A stretch of DNA of 64,000 nucleotides from Candidatus Limnocylindrales bacterium. Its GTDB lineage: Bacteria; Chloroflexota; Limnocylindria; Limnocylindrales; CSP1-4. The position numbers were made by a program, and so were the translations under genes. Positions 9,296-18,385 of this stretch are shown here, one piece after another. The DNA lies in contig DASSII010000101.1 in the NCBI GenBank assembly GCA_035692005.1, positions 35,470-99,469 on the forward strand, given 5' to 3'. How positions within the stretch are numbered: position 1 is the stretch's first letter; every line of letters begins with the position of its first letter. The notes beneath the pieces are model-generated. The model ran no database searches and was not told the origin of the DNA. It worked only from the letters and a program-made list of their open reading frames with translations.

Positions 9296-10539
9296 TGCGC
9301 CGCGGCGGTGGCGACCTTCGCCCTGGAACCGGCAAGCTTGCGCAGCTTTCGGGCGACGGGCTTCTCCGTTCCGACGAGCGTCTCGGAGTCGTCACCCCGG
9401 ATGAACGCCTCGACGCGGTTGAACGCGATGTCGTCGTGGATCTGCTGCGGCGGCGACTTCATGAAGTAGGCCGACGGAGCCACGAGCGTGCCCTTCAGGC
9501 CGCGATCGAGGCCGAGCTTCAGGCAGCGGATCGCGTCGGTGATGACGCCGGCGCTGTTGGGGCTGTCCCAGACCTCGAGCTTGAGCTCGGCGTTGAGCGG
9601 GACGTCGCCGTAGGTCGTGCCCTCCATCCGGATGTAGCACCACTTGCGATCGAGCAGCCACGGCACGTGATCGCTCGGACCGACGTGGACGTCGTCGGGA
9701 TCGAGCTCGTAGTCGAGCATCGAGGTCACCGCGTTCGTCTTGCTGATCTTCTTGGACTCGAGGCGCTCCCGCTCGAGCATGTTGAGGAAGTCGGTGTTGC
9801 CACCGAAGTTGAGCTGGTACGTGCGGTCCAGCCGGACTCCGCGATCCATGAACAGGCGGGTCAGCACCCGGTGGCTGATGGTCGCGCCGACCTGGCTCTT
9901 GATGTCGTCGCCGATGACCGGCAGCCCGGCGTCCGCGAAGCGGCGTTGCCAGTACGGCTCGCGACCGATGAACACCGGGATGGCATTGACGAACGCCACA
10001 CCGGCGGCCAGCGCCTGCTCGGCGTACCACTTGGTCGCCTCCTCGCTGCCGACCGGCAGGTAGGAGACCATGACGTCGACCTCGCGCTCCTTGAGGATGC
10101 CGACGATGTCGGCCGTCTCGCCCGGGGCCTTCTCGATGATCTGGCTGAGGTACTTGCCGAGACCGTCGTGGACCATGCCACGCTCGACCGTCACGCCGGT
10201 CTTCTGGACCTGCTGGAAGACGTACGTGTTGTTCGGCTTGGTGTAGATCGCCTCGGACAAGTCCTTGCCGACCTTGTTCTTGTCGATGTCGAAGGCGGCC
10301 ACGAAGTCGATGTCGCGGATGTGATAGCCACCGAGGTTGACGTGCATCAGCCCGGGGACGAAGTCGTCATCGTTGGCGTTCTCGTAGTAATAGCGGCCCT
10401 GCACGAGGCTGCTGGCGCAGTTCCCCACGCCGACGATGGCGACGCGGATCTTGCCATCGCCGCGACGACCGGCGCCGGCCCAGGTGTTGGTCGGCGTCGC
10501 GCCGTCGTTGCCGCTGCCGTTGCTTCCGTTCTTGCTCAC
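9292..10539 (-). CDS. ino1: myo-inositol-1-phosphate synthase
   Basis: Rossmann motif '[18 protein letters not shown]', plus '[25 protein letters not shown]' and '[13 protein letters not shown]', typical of bacterial/archaeal Ino1. The ATG at 10539 overlaps the pgsA TGA (ATGA). Confidence 0.9.
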   Translation of the reverse strand: MSKNGSNGSGNDGATPTNTWAGAGRRGDGKIRVAIVGVGNCASSLVQGRYYYENANDDDFVPGLMHVNLGGYHIRDIDFVAAFDIDKNKVGKDLSEAIYTKPNNTYVFQQVQKTGVTVERGMVHDGLGKYLSQIIEKAPGETADIVGILKEREVDVMVSYLPVGSEEATKWYAEQALAAGVAFVNAIPVFIGREPYWQRRFADAGLPVIGDDIKSQVGATISHRVLTRLFMDRGVRLDRTYQLNFGGNTDFLNMLERERLESKKISKTNAVTSMLDYELDPDDVHVGPSDHVPWLLDRKWCYIRMEGTTYGDVPLNAELKLEVWDSPNSAGVITDAIRCLKLGLDRGLKGTLVAPSAYFMKSPPQQIHDDIAFNRVEAFIRGDDSETLVGTEKPVARKLRKLAGSRAKVATAAAQ

Positions 10540-11198
10540 TGTGGTCTCCGTTGCTCCTGATCCGTTGGGCTGGTGATGGCTGACTGTTGCCTGGCTTGAC
10601 GGCGGACGTGGACGATCCGCTGGATGACGGTGATGGTCGCGCCGACGGCGATGATCCCGAGCGCGAACTCGAGCGCCTTGATCTCCGGCTCGGCGGCGAG
10701 GATGAGGCCGACGGTGAGGATCACGAGGCGGACCTCGCGGGGCATGAGCCCGACTGCCGCCATCCCCGTCCCGCTGCTGAATCCGAGGCCCTCGGCCTTG
10801 GCCCGGATGTAGCTGACCATGAAGGCGGCGCCCATGGCCGTGGCCGCCAGGACCGGCACGCGCGTGTGGCCGCCGACGGATGCGCCGACGACGATGGCGA
10901 TGTAGACGGCCGCTTCACCCCACCGATCGAAGACCGAGTCCATGAACGCGCCGAGCCGACTGACCTTGCCCGTCGCTCGCGCGAGCGTCCCGTCGAACAT
11001 GTCGAAGATGCCGCCGGCCAGGACGATGATGCCGCCCAGCGCCCAGTGCTGGAGGGCGAGCAATCCGGCGCCGCCGACGGTGATGGCGAAACCGATCAGC
11101 GTGAGCGCATCGGGGGTCAGCCCGAGCCGGCCCATGCCGACCGCGATGGGCTCGAAGGCATGCTTGACGCGGTCACGCGCGTCGTTGGACAGGGTCAT
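10536..11198 (-). CDS. pgsA: CDP-alcohol phosphatidyltransferase (phosphatidylinositol-phosphate synthase PgsA1-like)
   Basis: CDP-OH phosphatidyltransferase motif '[30 protein letters not shown]' with 6 TM helices, 221 aa. The ATG at 11198 shares 1 nt with the ArsR stop. The ORF-track start at 11570 is R-rich junk. Confidence 0.85.
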   Translation of the reverse strand: MTLSNDARDRVKHAFEPIAVGMGRLGLTPDALTLIGFAITVGGAGLLALQHWALGGIIVLAGGIFDMFDGTLARATGKVSRLGAFMDSVFDRWGEAAVYIAIVVGASVGGHTRVPVLAATAMGAAFMVSYIRAKAEGLGFSSGTGMAAVGLMPREVRLVILTVGLILAAEPEIKALEFALGIIAVGATITVIQRIVHVRRQARQQSAITSPTDQEQRRPQ

Positions 11199-11536
11199 CA
11201 GCTGGCGATACCGAGGCCGAGGATGGCCCGCTCGCGTTCGGCGACCTCGCCGAACGCCTCGGGTCGCAGCGTGCAGATCGTCTCGCGGCCGACGCGCCGC
11301 GTCTCGATGAGCCCGGCGACCCGGAGTCGCTTGAGGTGATGGCTGACGAGCGGTTGCGAGAGCCCGACATGCGCGATCAGCGCCGCGACGCTGGCCTCGC
11401 CATCGGCCAGCCGACGGACGATGCGCAGTCGATTGACGTCCGCGAGGGCCTTGTGGAACGCCCGCAGTTCGCGCAGGTCCTCGGGCTGGAGGACGATCGA
11501 CGCGAGCGTGGACCGGAACCGGGCTGGGGATGGCAC
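11198..11536 (-). CDS. ArsR/SmtB-family HTH transcriptional regulator
   Basis: 'LADVNRLRIVRRLADGEASVAALIAHVGLSQPLVSHHLKRLRVAGLIE' is a typical ArsR wHTH. It is divergent from the MFS gene. The exact start is uncertain. Confidence 0.75.
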   Translation of the reverse strand: MPSPARFRSTLASIVLQPEDLRELRAFHKALADVNRLRIVRRLADGEASVAALIAHVGLSQPLVSHHLKRLRVAGLIETRRVGRETICTLRPEAFGEVAERERAILGLGIAS

Positions 11537-11564
11537 AGGTGGGGATGGACTCCGGGGGATGTCG

Positions 11565-11598
11565 TATCAACGGCGGTTGATATCAACGGATGTTGATG
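11565..11598. promoter_or_regulatory. Tandem palindromic operator TATCAAC-GGCG-GTTGATATCAAC-GGAT-GTTGAT in the ArsR/MFS divergent intergenic region
   Basis: Two adjacent 6-4-6 inverted repeats (ATCAAC-N4-GTTGAT) share a central palindrome GTTGATATCAAC. They lie between ArsR (start 11536, −) and MFS (start 11683, +). Confidence 0.45.
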
Positions 11599-11682
11599 CT
11601 ACGGGCGGGGGTCGAGCGTGTCAAGCAGCCAGCCCGCGGCACGTGCACGGTCGTCCGGGGCCGCCCCGATACACTCCGCCCC

Positions 11683-13335
11683 ATGGACCGCCGCTCGACG
11701 CTGGTGTTGCTCGTCGTGTTCGGCATCGGCGTGTTCCTGGCCGGACTCGAGCTGATGATCACGGCGGTCGCCTTGCCGTCGATCCTGGCCGACCTGGTCG
11801 ATGCCAACGGAACGTCGGCCTGGGTGGAGCTGCGCAAGGCGAGCTGGATCATCAACGGCTACCTGCTGGTGTACATCGTCGCCATGCCGCTGGCGGGACG
11901 GCTGGCCGACGTGTTCGGGACCCGCCGGCTGTTCCTCGCCGCGCTCGTGGTGTTCACCCTCGGTTCGGCGTTGGCGGGGATCGCCCAGAACCTCGACCAG
12001 CTCATCGCGGCACGCTTGGTCCAGGCCGTCGGCGGCGGTGTCCTCGTGCCCGTCGGCACCGCCGCGGCCGCGCACCTGTTCGATGGCCACGAGCGACCCC
12101 GTGCCCTCGGCTTCATCGGAGCGTTGACGTTCCTGGGCATGGCCGCCGGACCGTTCCTCGGGGCAGCCATCCTGTCGACCATCCACCCCGACGAGATCCT
12201 GGCGGCCGCCGGCCTGGGCGGATCGATGCTCGCCGATGGCGTCGCGCCCGCGTGGCGATGGGTGTTCTTCGCGAACGTCCCCGTGGCGCTGGCCGCGCTG
12301 GTGCTCGCCTGGGCGGCATCGCCCGGCTGGGAGACCCCGCGTCATGCGACCCGGGTGGACGTCGGGGGGGCAGTCCTGTTCGGCGTGGCGCTCGGGGCCG
12401 GCCTGCTCGGTCTCACCCTGATCGGTGCCGGGGATGGGGCCACCCAAGGCGGCGGGACCGCGGCACCGGCCGGTTCGGCCGTCCTCGGTGGGCTTGCCGT
12501 CGTGGCCACGCTGCTGGCCGTCGTCCGTGCCCTGCGGACGCCGGAGCCGTTCCTGGACGCCCGGCTGTTCCGCAACCTCGCCTTCAGCGCCGCGGTCCTC
12601 GTCTCGCTGCTGACCGGGTATGCGTTCGCGACGGCGATCATCGGCGGTGCCGTGTTCGTCGATCGTGTCCTGTACGGCGGTCCCGACGAACAACAGCTGG
12701 CCCTCGGGGCCCTGGCCGGCGCGACGGCGGTCGGCGCGCTGGTGTCCGGGTTCGCGGTCCGCGTGTTCACCTTTCGCATCGTGACGCTCGTCGGGCTGGG
12801 CGCCAGCGTCATCGGGCTGCTCGCGATGGCTCGCTGGACCCCGGCCACGAGCATCGGCGAGGCGGCGGCCGAGCTCGCCATCTTCGGGCTGGGCTTCGGG
12901 CTGAGCGTGACGCCCCGCTCGACAGCGGCGGTCGAGGCGGCGGGCCGCGCCTCGTTCGGGGCGGCGTCGTCGGTCGTGACGGTCGCTCGGATGCTCGGCA
13001 TGGCGGTCGGCCTGGCGGTCCTGACCGCCTATGGGTCGACGACGATCGATCGCCTGTCGACCGAGATCTACGCCACACCCGACGCCTATCGCGCCTACAT
13101 CCCGGAGTCCCTCCGTGACCGTCCCCTGCGCGACGCACTGGTCGTGGAGGCCCTCGAGACCTGGGCGTCGCGCGAAGCCGCCTCGATCATGGTCGGTCTG
13201 TTCCTCGTCGCGGGGCTGGTCACCGTGTCTGCCGTGCCGCCGGCGCTCGTGCTGGGCGGCGGGGCGGGGCGTCGATCCGGCGCGACTCGCAGCCCGACCG
13301 TCGAAGGGGCCGCCGACCCGGGCCTCATCCTCTGA
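11683..13335 (+). CDS. MFS transporter, 14-TMS drug:H+ antiporter (DHA2/EmrB-like)
   Basis: Hydrophobic throughout, with 'LAGRLADVFGTRRLFLAALVVFTLGSALAG' (MFS motif). Start chosen at 'MDRRSTLVLLVVFG', downstream of the operator. Confidence 0.75.
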   Translation: MDRRSTLVLLVVFGIGVFLAGLELMITAVALPSILADLVDANGTSAWVELRKASWIINGYLLVYIVAMPLAGRLADVFGTRRLFLAALVVFTLGSALAGIAQNLDQLIAARLVQAVGGGVLVPVGTAAAAHLFDGHERPRALGFIGALTFLGMAAGPFLGAAILSTIHPDEILAAAGLGGSMLADGVAPAWRWVFFANVPVALAALVLAWAASPGWETPRHATRVDVGGAVLFGVALGAGLLGLTLIGAGDGATQGGGTAAPAGSAVLGGLAVVATLLAVVRALRTPEPFLDARLFRNLAFSAAVLVSLLTGYAFATAIIGGAVFVDRVLYGGPDEQQLALGALAGATAVGALVSGFAVRVFTFRIVTLVGLGASVIGLLAMARWTPATSIGEAAAELAIFGLGFGLSVTPRSTAAVEAAGRASFGAASSVVTVARMLGMAVGLAVLTAYGSTTIDRLSTEIYATPDAYRAYIPESLRDRPLRDALVVEALETWASREAASIMVGLFLVAGLVTVSAVPPALVLGGGAGRRSGATRSPTVEGAADPGLIL

Positions 13336-13351
13336 CGTCAGCCGCACGAGT

Positions 13352-14428
13352 ATGCTGCGGCCGATGCCTCCGCCGACGCCGGTCCCCTCCGATCCCTCTG
13401 GCGGCCGCAGCGGTGAACCGGTAGCCAGCCGCCGGACGCCCGCATCGAGCGGTGCGCCGGGCCGGGTCCGCATCGCGGCGATGGTCGATGGGGCGCTGCG
13501 CGAGCTGGAGGGCGACCCCGCCCTGCAGCGGCTGCCGGAGCTGCTGGCCCAGGCGAGCGCCGCGGTCTGGGTGGACCTGGCCGGCCCCTTGCCGGAACAG
13601 CTGGCGCCGGTGGGCGCCGCCCTCGGCCTGCACCCGTTGATCATCGAGGACGTGCTCGAGGGCAACCAGCGGGCCAAGATCGAGACCACCGACGGGGTGA
13701 TCCACATCGTCCTGTTCGCCCTCGACCGGGCCGCCAGGATCGCGGTCAATGAGATCGACCTGGTCCTGGGAGCGGGATTCCTGCTCACCGTCCACGACCC
13801 GTCGTGGGAACCCCACGCCTCGCACCACCTTGCTTCGGGCGTCGGCCCGATGCTGGCCCATGGCCCGGACCACCTGCTCTGGGCGATCTGCGACGACATC
13901 GTCGACGGCTACTTCCCGTATGCCGATCGGCTCGGCGACGCCATCGACGAGGTCCAGGACGCCGTCATCGTCCGAGCCACGCCCGACACGCTGGAACGAC
14001 TGTTCTCCCTCAAGCGCGAGCTCATCGAGGTGCGTCGGGCGGCGAGTCCGACCCGCGAGGTGTTCAACCAGCTGACGAACCGCGACCTCACGCTGATCGA
14101 CCCGGAGGAGCTGATCTACTTCCGCGACGTGTACGACCACGTCATCCGGCTCACCGACGAGCTCGACAACTACCGCGAACTCGCGTCATCGACGCTGGAC
14201 GTGTACCTCACCCAGGTGAACAACAACCTGTCAGTGGTGATGAAGCGGCTGACCGGGGTGACGGTGGTGGTCGCCGGCGTCGGGGCGGTCGCGGGCATCT
14301 TCGGCATGAGCGAGGCCGCGACCGCGTTCGCCGGTGCCGAGGGCGGCGGCTTCTGGCTGGTGACCGCCCTGACGGTCGTCGCCGCCGCGATCGCCACGGT
14401 CGTCCTCCGGCGGATCGGCTGGATCTAG
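13352..14428 (+). CDS. corA: CorA-family divalent cation transporter (variant GMS instead of GMN motif)
   Basis: A cytoplasmic alpha/beta domain plus two C-terminal TM helices with 'GIFGMSE'. Length and topology are typical of CorA. Confidence 0.8.
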   Translation: MLRPMPPPTPVPSDPSGGRSGEPVASRRTPASSGAPGRVRIAAMVDGALRELEGDPALQRLPELLAQASAAVWVDLAGPLPEQLAPVGAALGLHPLIIEDVLEGNQRAKIETTDGVIHIVLFALDRAARIAVNEIDLVLGAGFLLTVHDPSWEPHASHHLASGVGPMLAHGPDHLLWAICDDIVDGYFPYADRLGDAIDEVQDAVIVRATPDTLERLFSLKRELIEVRRAASPTREVFNQLTNRDLTLIDPEELIYFRDVYDHVIRLTDELDNYRELASSTLDVYLTQVNNNLSVVMKRLTGVTVVVAGVGAVAGIFGMSEAATAFAGAEGGGFWLVTALTVVAAAIATVVLRRIGWI

Positions 14429-14461
14429 ACCGGACCGCCGCCGGCCGCCGTCAGTCGCCCG

Positions 14462-15163
14462 TCAGCCGCAGTCGACCGGGCGCGGTGTCGGATGCGCGGC
14501 AGCATGGCTGGAGGCCTTCACCCCGACCGGCTCGGCAACGACCTGCGTCTTGCCCACCGTGCCCTTCGGCCCTTCCGAGGTCTGCAGCCAGAGCTCCTCG
14601 GACGTGGCCGACAGCGGGCCGTTGAGCGTCGACTGGTTGCGCCGGACCTCGGTGATCCGGTAGGAGAACACGAAGTCGTCGCTCGTCCAGACTTCCACGA
14701 TCGCCCCGCGCTGCTGGCTGCCCTTCGTCTCGAGCAGGGGCAGGAACATGCCCTTGCGAGCGTGCGCATAGATGTACGTCGCCTTGCCGAAGCCTGGCTG
14801 CAGCAGCCCCGGGTTGACGAGGTACATCGCGACATCGCAGGCGGGGTAGCCGTTGCTGCCCTTGATGATCGGGAGGTCGATCCCGAGATCGCGGATGCGG
14901 ATGCGGGTCGCGACCCGATCGGCCGGCGGCGGGGGCGTGGCGGTCGGCGGGGCGGGCGTGGCCGTGCCGATCGGCGGGATGGTGGTCAGCGGCGATGGGG
15001 TCGCCACGACGCCGGTCGTCGGGCTCGGCATCCGGCTCGGGGCCGGCTCCGCCGCGACGGGGACGGTGTAGGTCATCAGTCCGGCCGCGAGGAGCGTCAC
15101 GCCGAAGGCGCTCAGGAGGGCGGGCAGGAGGCGCGTGCGGAACGGTTCGACGGGTCCGGTCAT
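14462..15163 (-). CDS. Membrane-anchored sortase-fold protein with Ser in place of the catalytic Cys
   Basis: N-terminal TM helix, Pro/Thr-rich linker, then 'RIRDLGIDLPIIKG...YAHARKGMF...VFSYRITEV...LWLQTSEGP', which aligns to the sortase beta-barrel (TLxTC becomes LQTSE). Confidence 0.5.
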   Translation of the reverse strand: MTGPVEPFRTRLLPALLSAFGVTLLAAGLMTYTVPVAAEPAPSRMPSPTTGVVATPSPLTTIPPIGTATPAPPTATPPPPADRVATRIRIRDLGIDLPIIKGSNGYPACDVAMYLVNPGLLQPGFGKATYIYAHARKGMFLPLLETKGSQQRGAIVEVWTSDDFVFSYRITEVRRNQSTLNGPLSATSEELWLQTSEGPKGTVGKTQVVAEPVGVKASSHAAAHPTPRPVDCG

Positions 15164-15234
15164 GGGGGCCGAATCCTAGCGCCGCCGCGCCCACTCCGCC
15201 GCTGACCGGTCCGTACTGGTACCCTCGCCCCCGC

Positions 15235-15942
15235 ATGTGGTCCCGACTCTCGATCCTGGCCGGGTTGCTGACCGGCGTCGTCGCGGCGATCCTCGTCCTC
15301 GGGGCCATCGTCGCGTTCGCGCCGGAACCGGGCGCGACCGCAACCCCGCTGCCGGCCCCATCGGGCTCGTTCGGGCTCGCGTCGGCAGATCCGTCGGGGG
15401 GTGCGTCGGAGGGTCCGTCGGCGTCGTCGAGCCCGTCTTCGGGACCGCCGGGTTCCGCGTCCGGCGGCCCGTCGGCGAGCGCCTCCGGATCGCCCGATGC
15501 ACTGTTCCATGTCGGCGAGCCGGCACCCGCGCTCGTGGTCCCGCAGGTCGGCGGCGGGACGATCGACCTGGCGAACCTCAAGGGTCAGCCGGTGTGGGTC
15601 AACTTCATGGGCACCTACTGCCCGCCGTGCATCGACGAGTTCCCGCTCATGAACGGCTTCGCCGCGCGCTACGCGGCGAACGGGCTCGTCGTCCTCGCGA
15701 TCGACGTCAAGGAGGACGAGGGCAAGGTGGCGGCCTTCGCCGAGAGCCTTGGCTCCACGTTCCCGCTGGGACTCGACAGCGACGGCTCCGCCCAGCTGCG
15801 CTGGGATGCCATCGCGCTGCCGGTCCATTTCTGGATCGACAAGGAGGGCATCATCCGGGACGGCGCGCTCGGCGGCATCGGGCCCGACATCATGGCCCGC
15901 GGCCTGCGCACCATCATGCCCGGAGTCGACGTCACGCCGTGA
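15235..15942 (+). CDS. TlpA/ResA-like membrane-anchored thiol:disulfide oxidoreductase (thioredoxin fold, CPPC)
   Basis: N-terminal TM helix, Ser/Gly/Pro linker, then 'WVNFMGTYCPPCIDEFP' (thioredoxin CxxC). Confidence 0.7.
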   Translation: MWSRLSILAGLLTGVVAAILVLGAIVAFAPEPGATATPLPAPSGSFGLASADPSGGASEGPSASSSPSSGPPGSASGGPSASASGSPDALFHVGEPAPALVVPQVGGGTIDLANLKGQPVWVNFMGTYCPPCIDEFPLMNGFAARYAANGLVVLAIDVKEDEGKVAAFAESLGSTFPLGLDSDGSAQLRWDAIALPVHFWIDKEGIIRDGALGGIGPDIMARGLRTIMPGVDVTP

Positions 15943-16886
15943 TCGACGCCGGGCTCCCGGCGATCGCCTCGAGCCCGACCGACATCGCCGCGGCCATCGA
16001 GCGGCTCGCCAGCGCCCCGGCCCCGCTCCTGGTCGTGGCCGATTTCGACGGCACGCTGGCGGTCGGGACCCGGGACCCCGCTGCCGCCGTCATCCTGCCC
16101 AGCGCCCAGCGCGCGCTCCGGGCGCTGGCCCGCCGGGGTGTCGAGCGACCCGATCGCGTCCGCGTCGCGATCCTGACCGGTCGCGTGGTCGCCGATGTGG
16201 CGGCCCGCGTGCGGGTCGGCGGCGTCGAGTACCTCGGCGATCACGGTCTCGAGCATGGGCTGCTCCCGCGTGGCGGTCGGGTCGAGCGGATGGCGGTCGC
16301 GACCGACGGTGCGTTCGATGGCCAACGCGACCCGGCCGAGGCCTTCGCCGTGGGCGTCCCGCGCGTGCTCGGCCGGCCGGACTGGCTATTCGTCGAACGC
16401 AAGGGGCCATCGGTCGCCTTCCACGTGCGCCAGGCCGACGACGTCGCCTCCGCGCGCGCGGCGGTCGTGGAGGCCATCCGGACGGTCGAGACGGAGGGCG
16501 GCCTCGGCGACCACGGTCTCGTCCACTATCGCGGTCGCTCGGTCGTCGACCTGCGACCCGCGACCGCCGGCGGGAAACGCGAGGCGGTCGAACGGCTCAT
16601 CGCGCGCCACCGACCAGGGGCGGTCGTCGTCCTGGGCGACGAGCTGAGCGATGTCGATGCCTTCGAGGCGGTCATCGCGGCACGGGCTGCTGGCCGACCG
16701 ACCGACGGGGTGACGGTCGGCGTGACGGTCGCGGTCCACGGCGCGACGCGACCGGCGCCACGCGAATTGCTCGCCGTGGCGGACGTGGCGCTGGCGGGCC
16801 CACCGGACGTCGGCCGGCTGCTGGCGACCCTCGCCGTCCGGCTCCGGCCGAGCCGGCCGGCCGAGGCGACCGGCCGAACGGGTTAG
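15939..16886 (+). CDS. HAD-IIB hydrolase, trehalose-6-phosphate phosphatase (OtsB) family
   Basis: HAD motifs 'VADFDGTLA', 'ILTGRV', 'GGKREAV' and 'VLGDELSDVDAFEAV'. The GTG at 15939 overlaps the TGA of the TlpA-like gene (GTGA). Confidence 0.7.
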   Translation: MIDAGLPAIASSPTDIAAAIERLASAPAPLLVVADFDGTLAVGTRDPAAAVILPSAQRALRALARRGVERPDRVRVAILTGRVVADVAARVRVGGVEYLGDHGLEHGLLPRGGRVERMAVATDGAFDGQRDPAEAFAVGVPRVLGRPDWLFVERKGPSVAFHVRQADDVASARAAVVEAIRTVETEGGLGDHGLVHYRGRSVVDLRPATAGGKREAVERLIARHRPGAVVVLGDELSDVDAFEAVIAARAAGRPTDGVTVGVTVAVHGATRPAPRELLAVADVALAGPPDVGRLLATLAVRLRPSRPAEATGRTG

Positions 16887-18385
16887 GGCAGCGCCTGGGC
16901 GGCAGCCGCCACGCACGGGCTGGCGCTGATGGCGCAGGCCGCCTGGTTGACGACGCCGAGCAGGGTGGTCGGGAACAGGCCGAGCAGGATCGTCAGCGCC
17001 GTGGCAGCCGCCAGGCCACCCCACATCAGCGCCCCGTGGCGGAGTGCCGGCGCGTCCGACGCCGGATCACGCATGAACATGTAGACCACGACCCGCAGGT
17101 AGTAGAACGCGGCGACCGCGGCGTTGAGCATGGCGATGACGGCCAGCACCGTCAGCCAGCCACCGGCCTGGACGGCCGCCAGGATGACGTACGCCTTGGC
17201 GAAGAAGCCGGCCGTCGGCGGGATGCCGGTGAGGGACAGCAGGAACAGGGTCATGAGCACGCCCAGCAGCGGTTCCCGGCGGCCGAGCCCGGCGAACGTG
17301 TCGAGCGCCGAGGTGACGCCGGCCCGCTTCTGCAGCGCCGCGATGACGGCGAACGCGCCGAGGTTCATGAAGGCGTACGCCGCCCCGTAGAACAGCAGCC
17401 CTTCGAGGCCGCGCAACTGGCCGGCCGCGTAGGCGGCCAGACCGACGAGCATGTAGCCGGTGTGCGCGATCGAGCTGTACCCGAGCATCCGCTTGACGTT
17501 GTCCTGGGTGAGGGCCACCAGGTTGCCCAGTGTCATCGTCAGCGTCGCGAGGACGATCATCACCGGCAACCACCATTCGGCCAGCGGGCCGAGCGCCTCG
17601 ACGAACAGGCGCAGGATCAGGGCGAATGCCCCGACCTTGGGGCCGACCGACAGGTACCCGGTGATCGGCGTCGGCGAGCCCTGGTAGGCGTCCGGAGTCC
17701 AGTAGTGGAATGGCACCGCGGCGATCTTGAACGCCACCCCCGTGGTCAGGAACGCGAGGCCCATCGCCAGGCCCGCCGACAGCGGCTCGGTCCCGGCGAC
17801 GACCGCGGCGAGGGCGTCCTTGATGCCTTCGATCCGGGTCGTGCCGGTCAGTCCCCACACGAAGGCGAGGCCGAACAGGAAGATCGCGGAACTGAACGAG
17901 CCGAGCAGGAAGTACTTGATCGCCCCCTCGGTCGAGTAACCGTCGGTCTTGTGGTAGCCCGCCAGGAGGTAGCCCGGCAGGACCATCAGCTCCAGACCGA
18001 GGAACAGCAGCAGCAGATCGGCGGACCCGGCGATGAGCATCGCGCCGGTCATCGCGAACACCAGGACGACGGCGAACTCGGCGATCGGCAGGCCACGTGG
18101 CAACAGGTAATCCGGGGCGAACACGACGGTCATCGCCACGACCGCGATGAACAGCACGTCGAGGAAGGTGGTGAGCGCGTCGACCTTGTACGACCCCCCG
18201 AACGCCGACGCGTCCGTCTGGCCGACGGCCAGGGTGATCGCGGCCGTGATCGCCAGCCCGATCAGCGCGGTCGCGATGGCTGGCGCACTCCGCCCCGGCC
18301 GCACCAGGTCGACCACGAGGATCGCCGCCGCCGTCAGGACGGCCGCGATGAGTGGCAGGATCGGGACGATGTCCTGGAAGCTCAC
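16883..18385 (-). CDS. nuoN: NADH-quinone oxidoreductase subunit N
   Basis: Polytopic antiporter-like subunit ('FHYWTPDAYQGSPTPITGYLSVGPK'). The GTG start overlaps the nuoM TGA. Confidence 0.9.
   Translation of the reverse strand: MSFQDIVPILPLIAAVLTAAAILVVDLVRPGRSAPAIATALIGLAITAAITLAVGQTDASAFGGSYKVDALTTFLDVLFIAVVAMTVVFAPDYLLPRGLPIAEFAVVLVFAMTGAMLIAGSADLLLLFLGLELMVLPGYLLAGYHKTDGYSTEGAIKYFLLGSFSSAIFLFGLAFVWGLTGTTRIEGIKDALAAVVAGTEPLSAGLAMGLAFLTTGVAFKIAAVPFHYWTPDAYQGSPTPITGYLSVGPKVGAFALILRLFVEALGPLAEWWLPVMIVLATLTMTLGNLVALTQDNVKRMLGYSSIAHTGYMLVGLAAYAAGQLRGLEGLLFYGAAYAFMNLGAFAVIAALQKRAGVTSALDTFAGLGRREPLLGVLMTLFLLSLTGIPPTAGFFAKAYVILAAVQAGGWLTVLAVIAMLNAAVAAFYYLRVVVYMFMRDPASDAPALRHGALMWGGLAAATALTILLGLFPTTLLGVVNQAACAISASPCVAAAAQALP

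Noticed and set aside
11599-13899. 766-aa (−) ORF antisense to the MFS and CorA genes
   Set aside because: R/G/D/P-rich low-complexity translation; the (+) frames encode clear MFS and CorA proteins.
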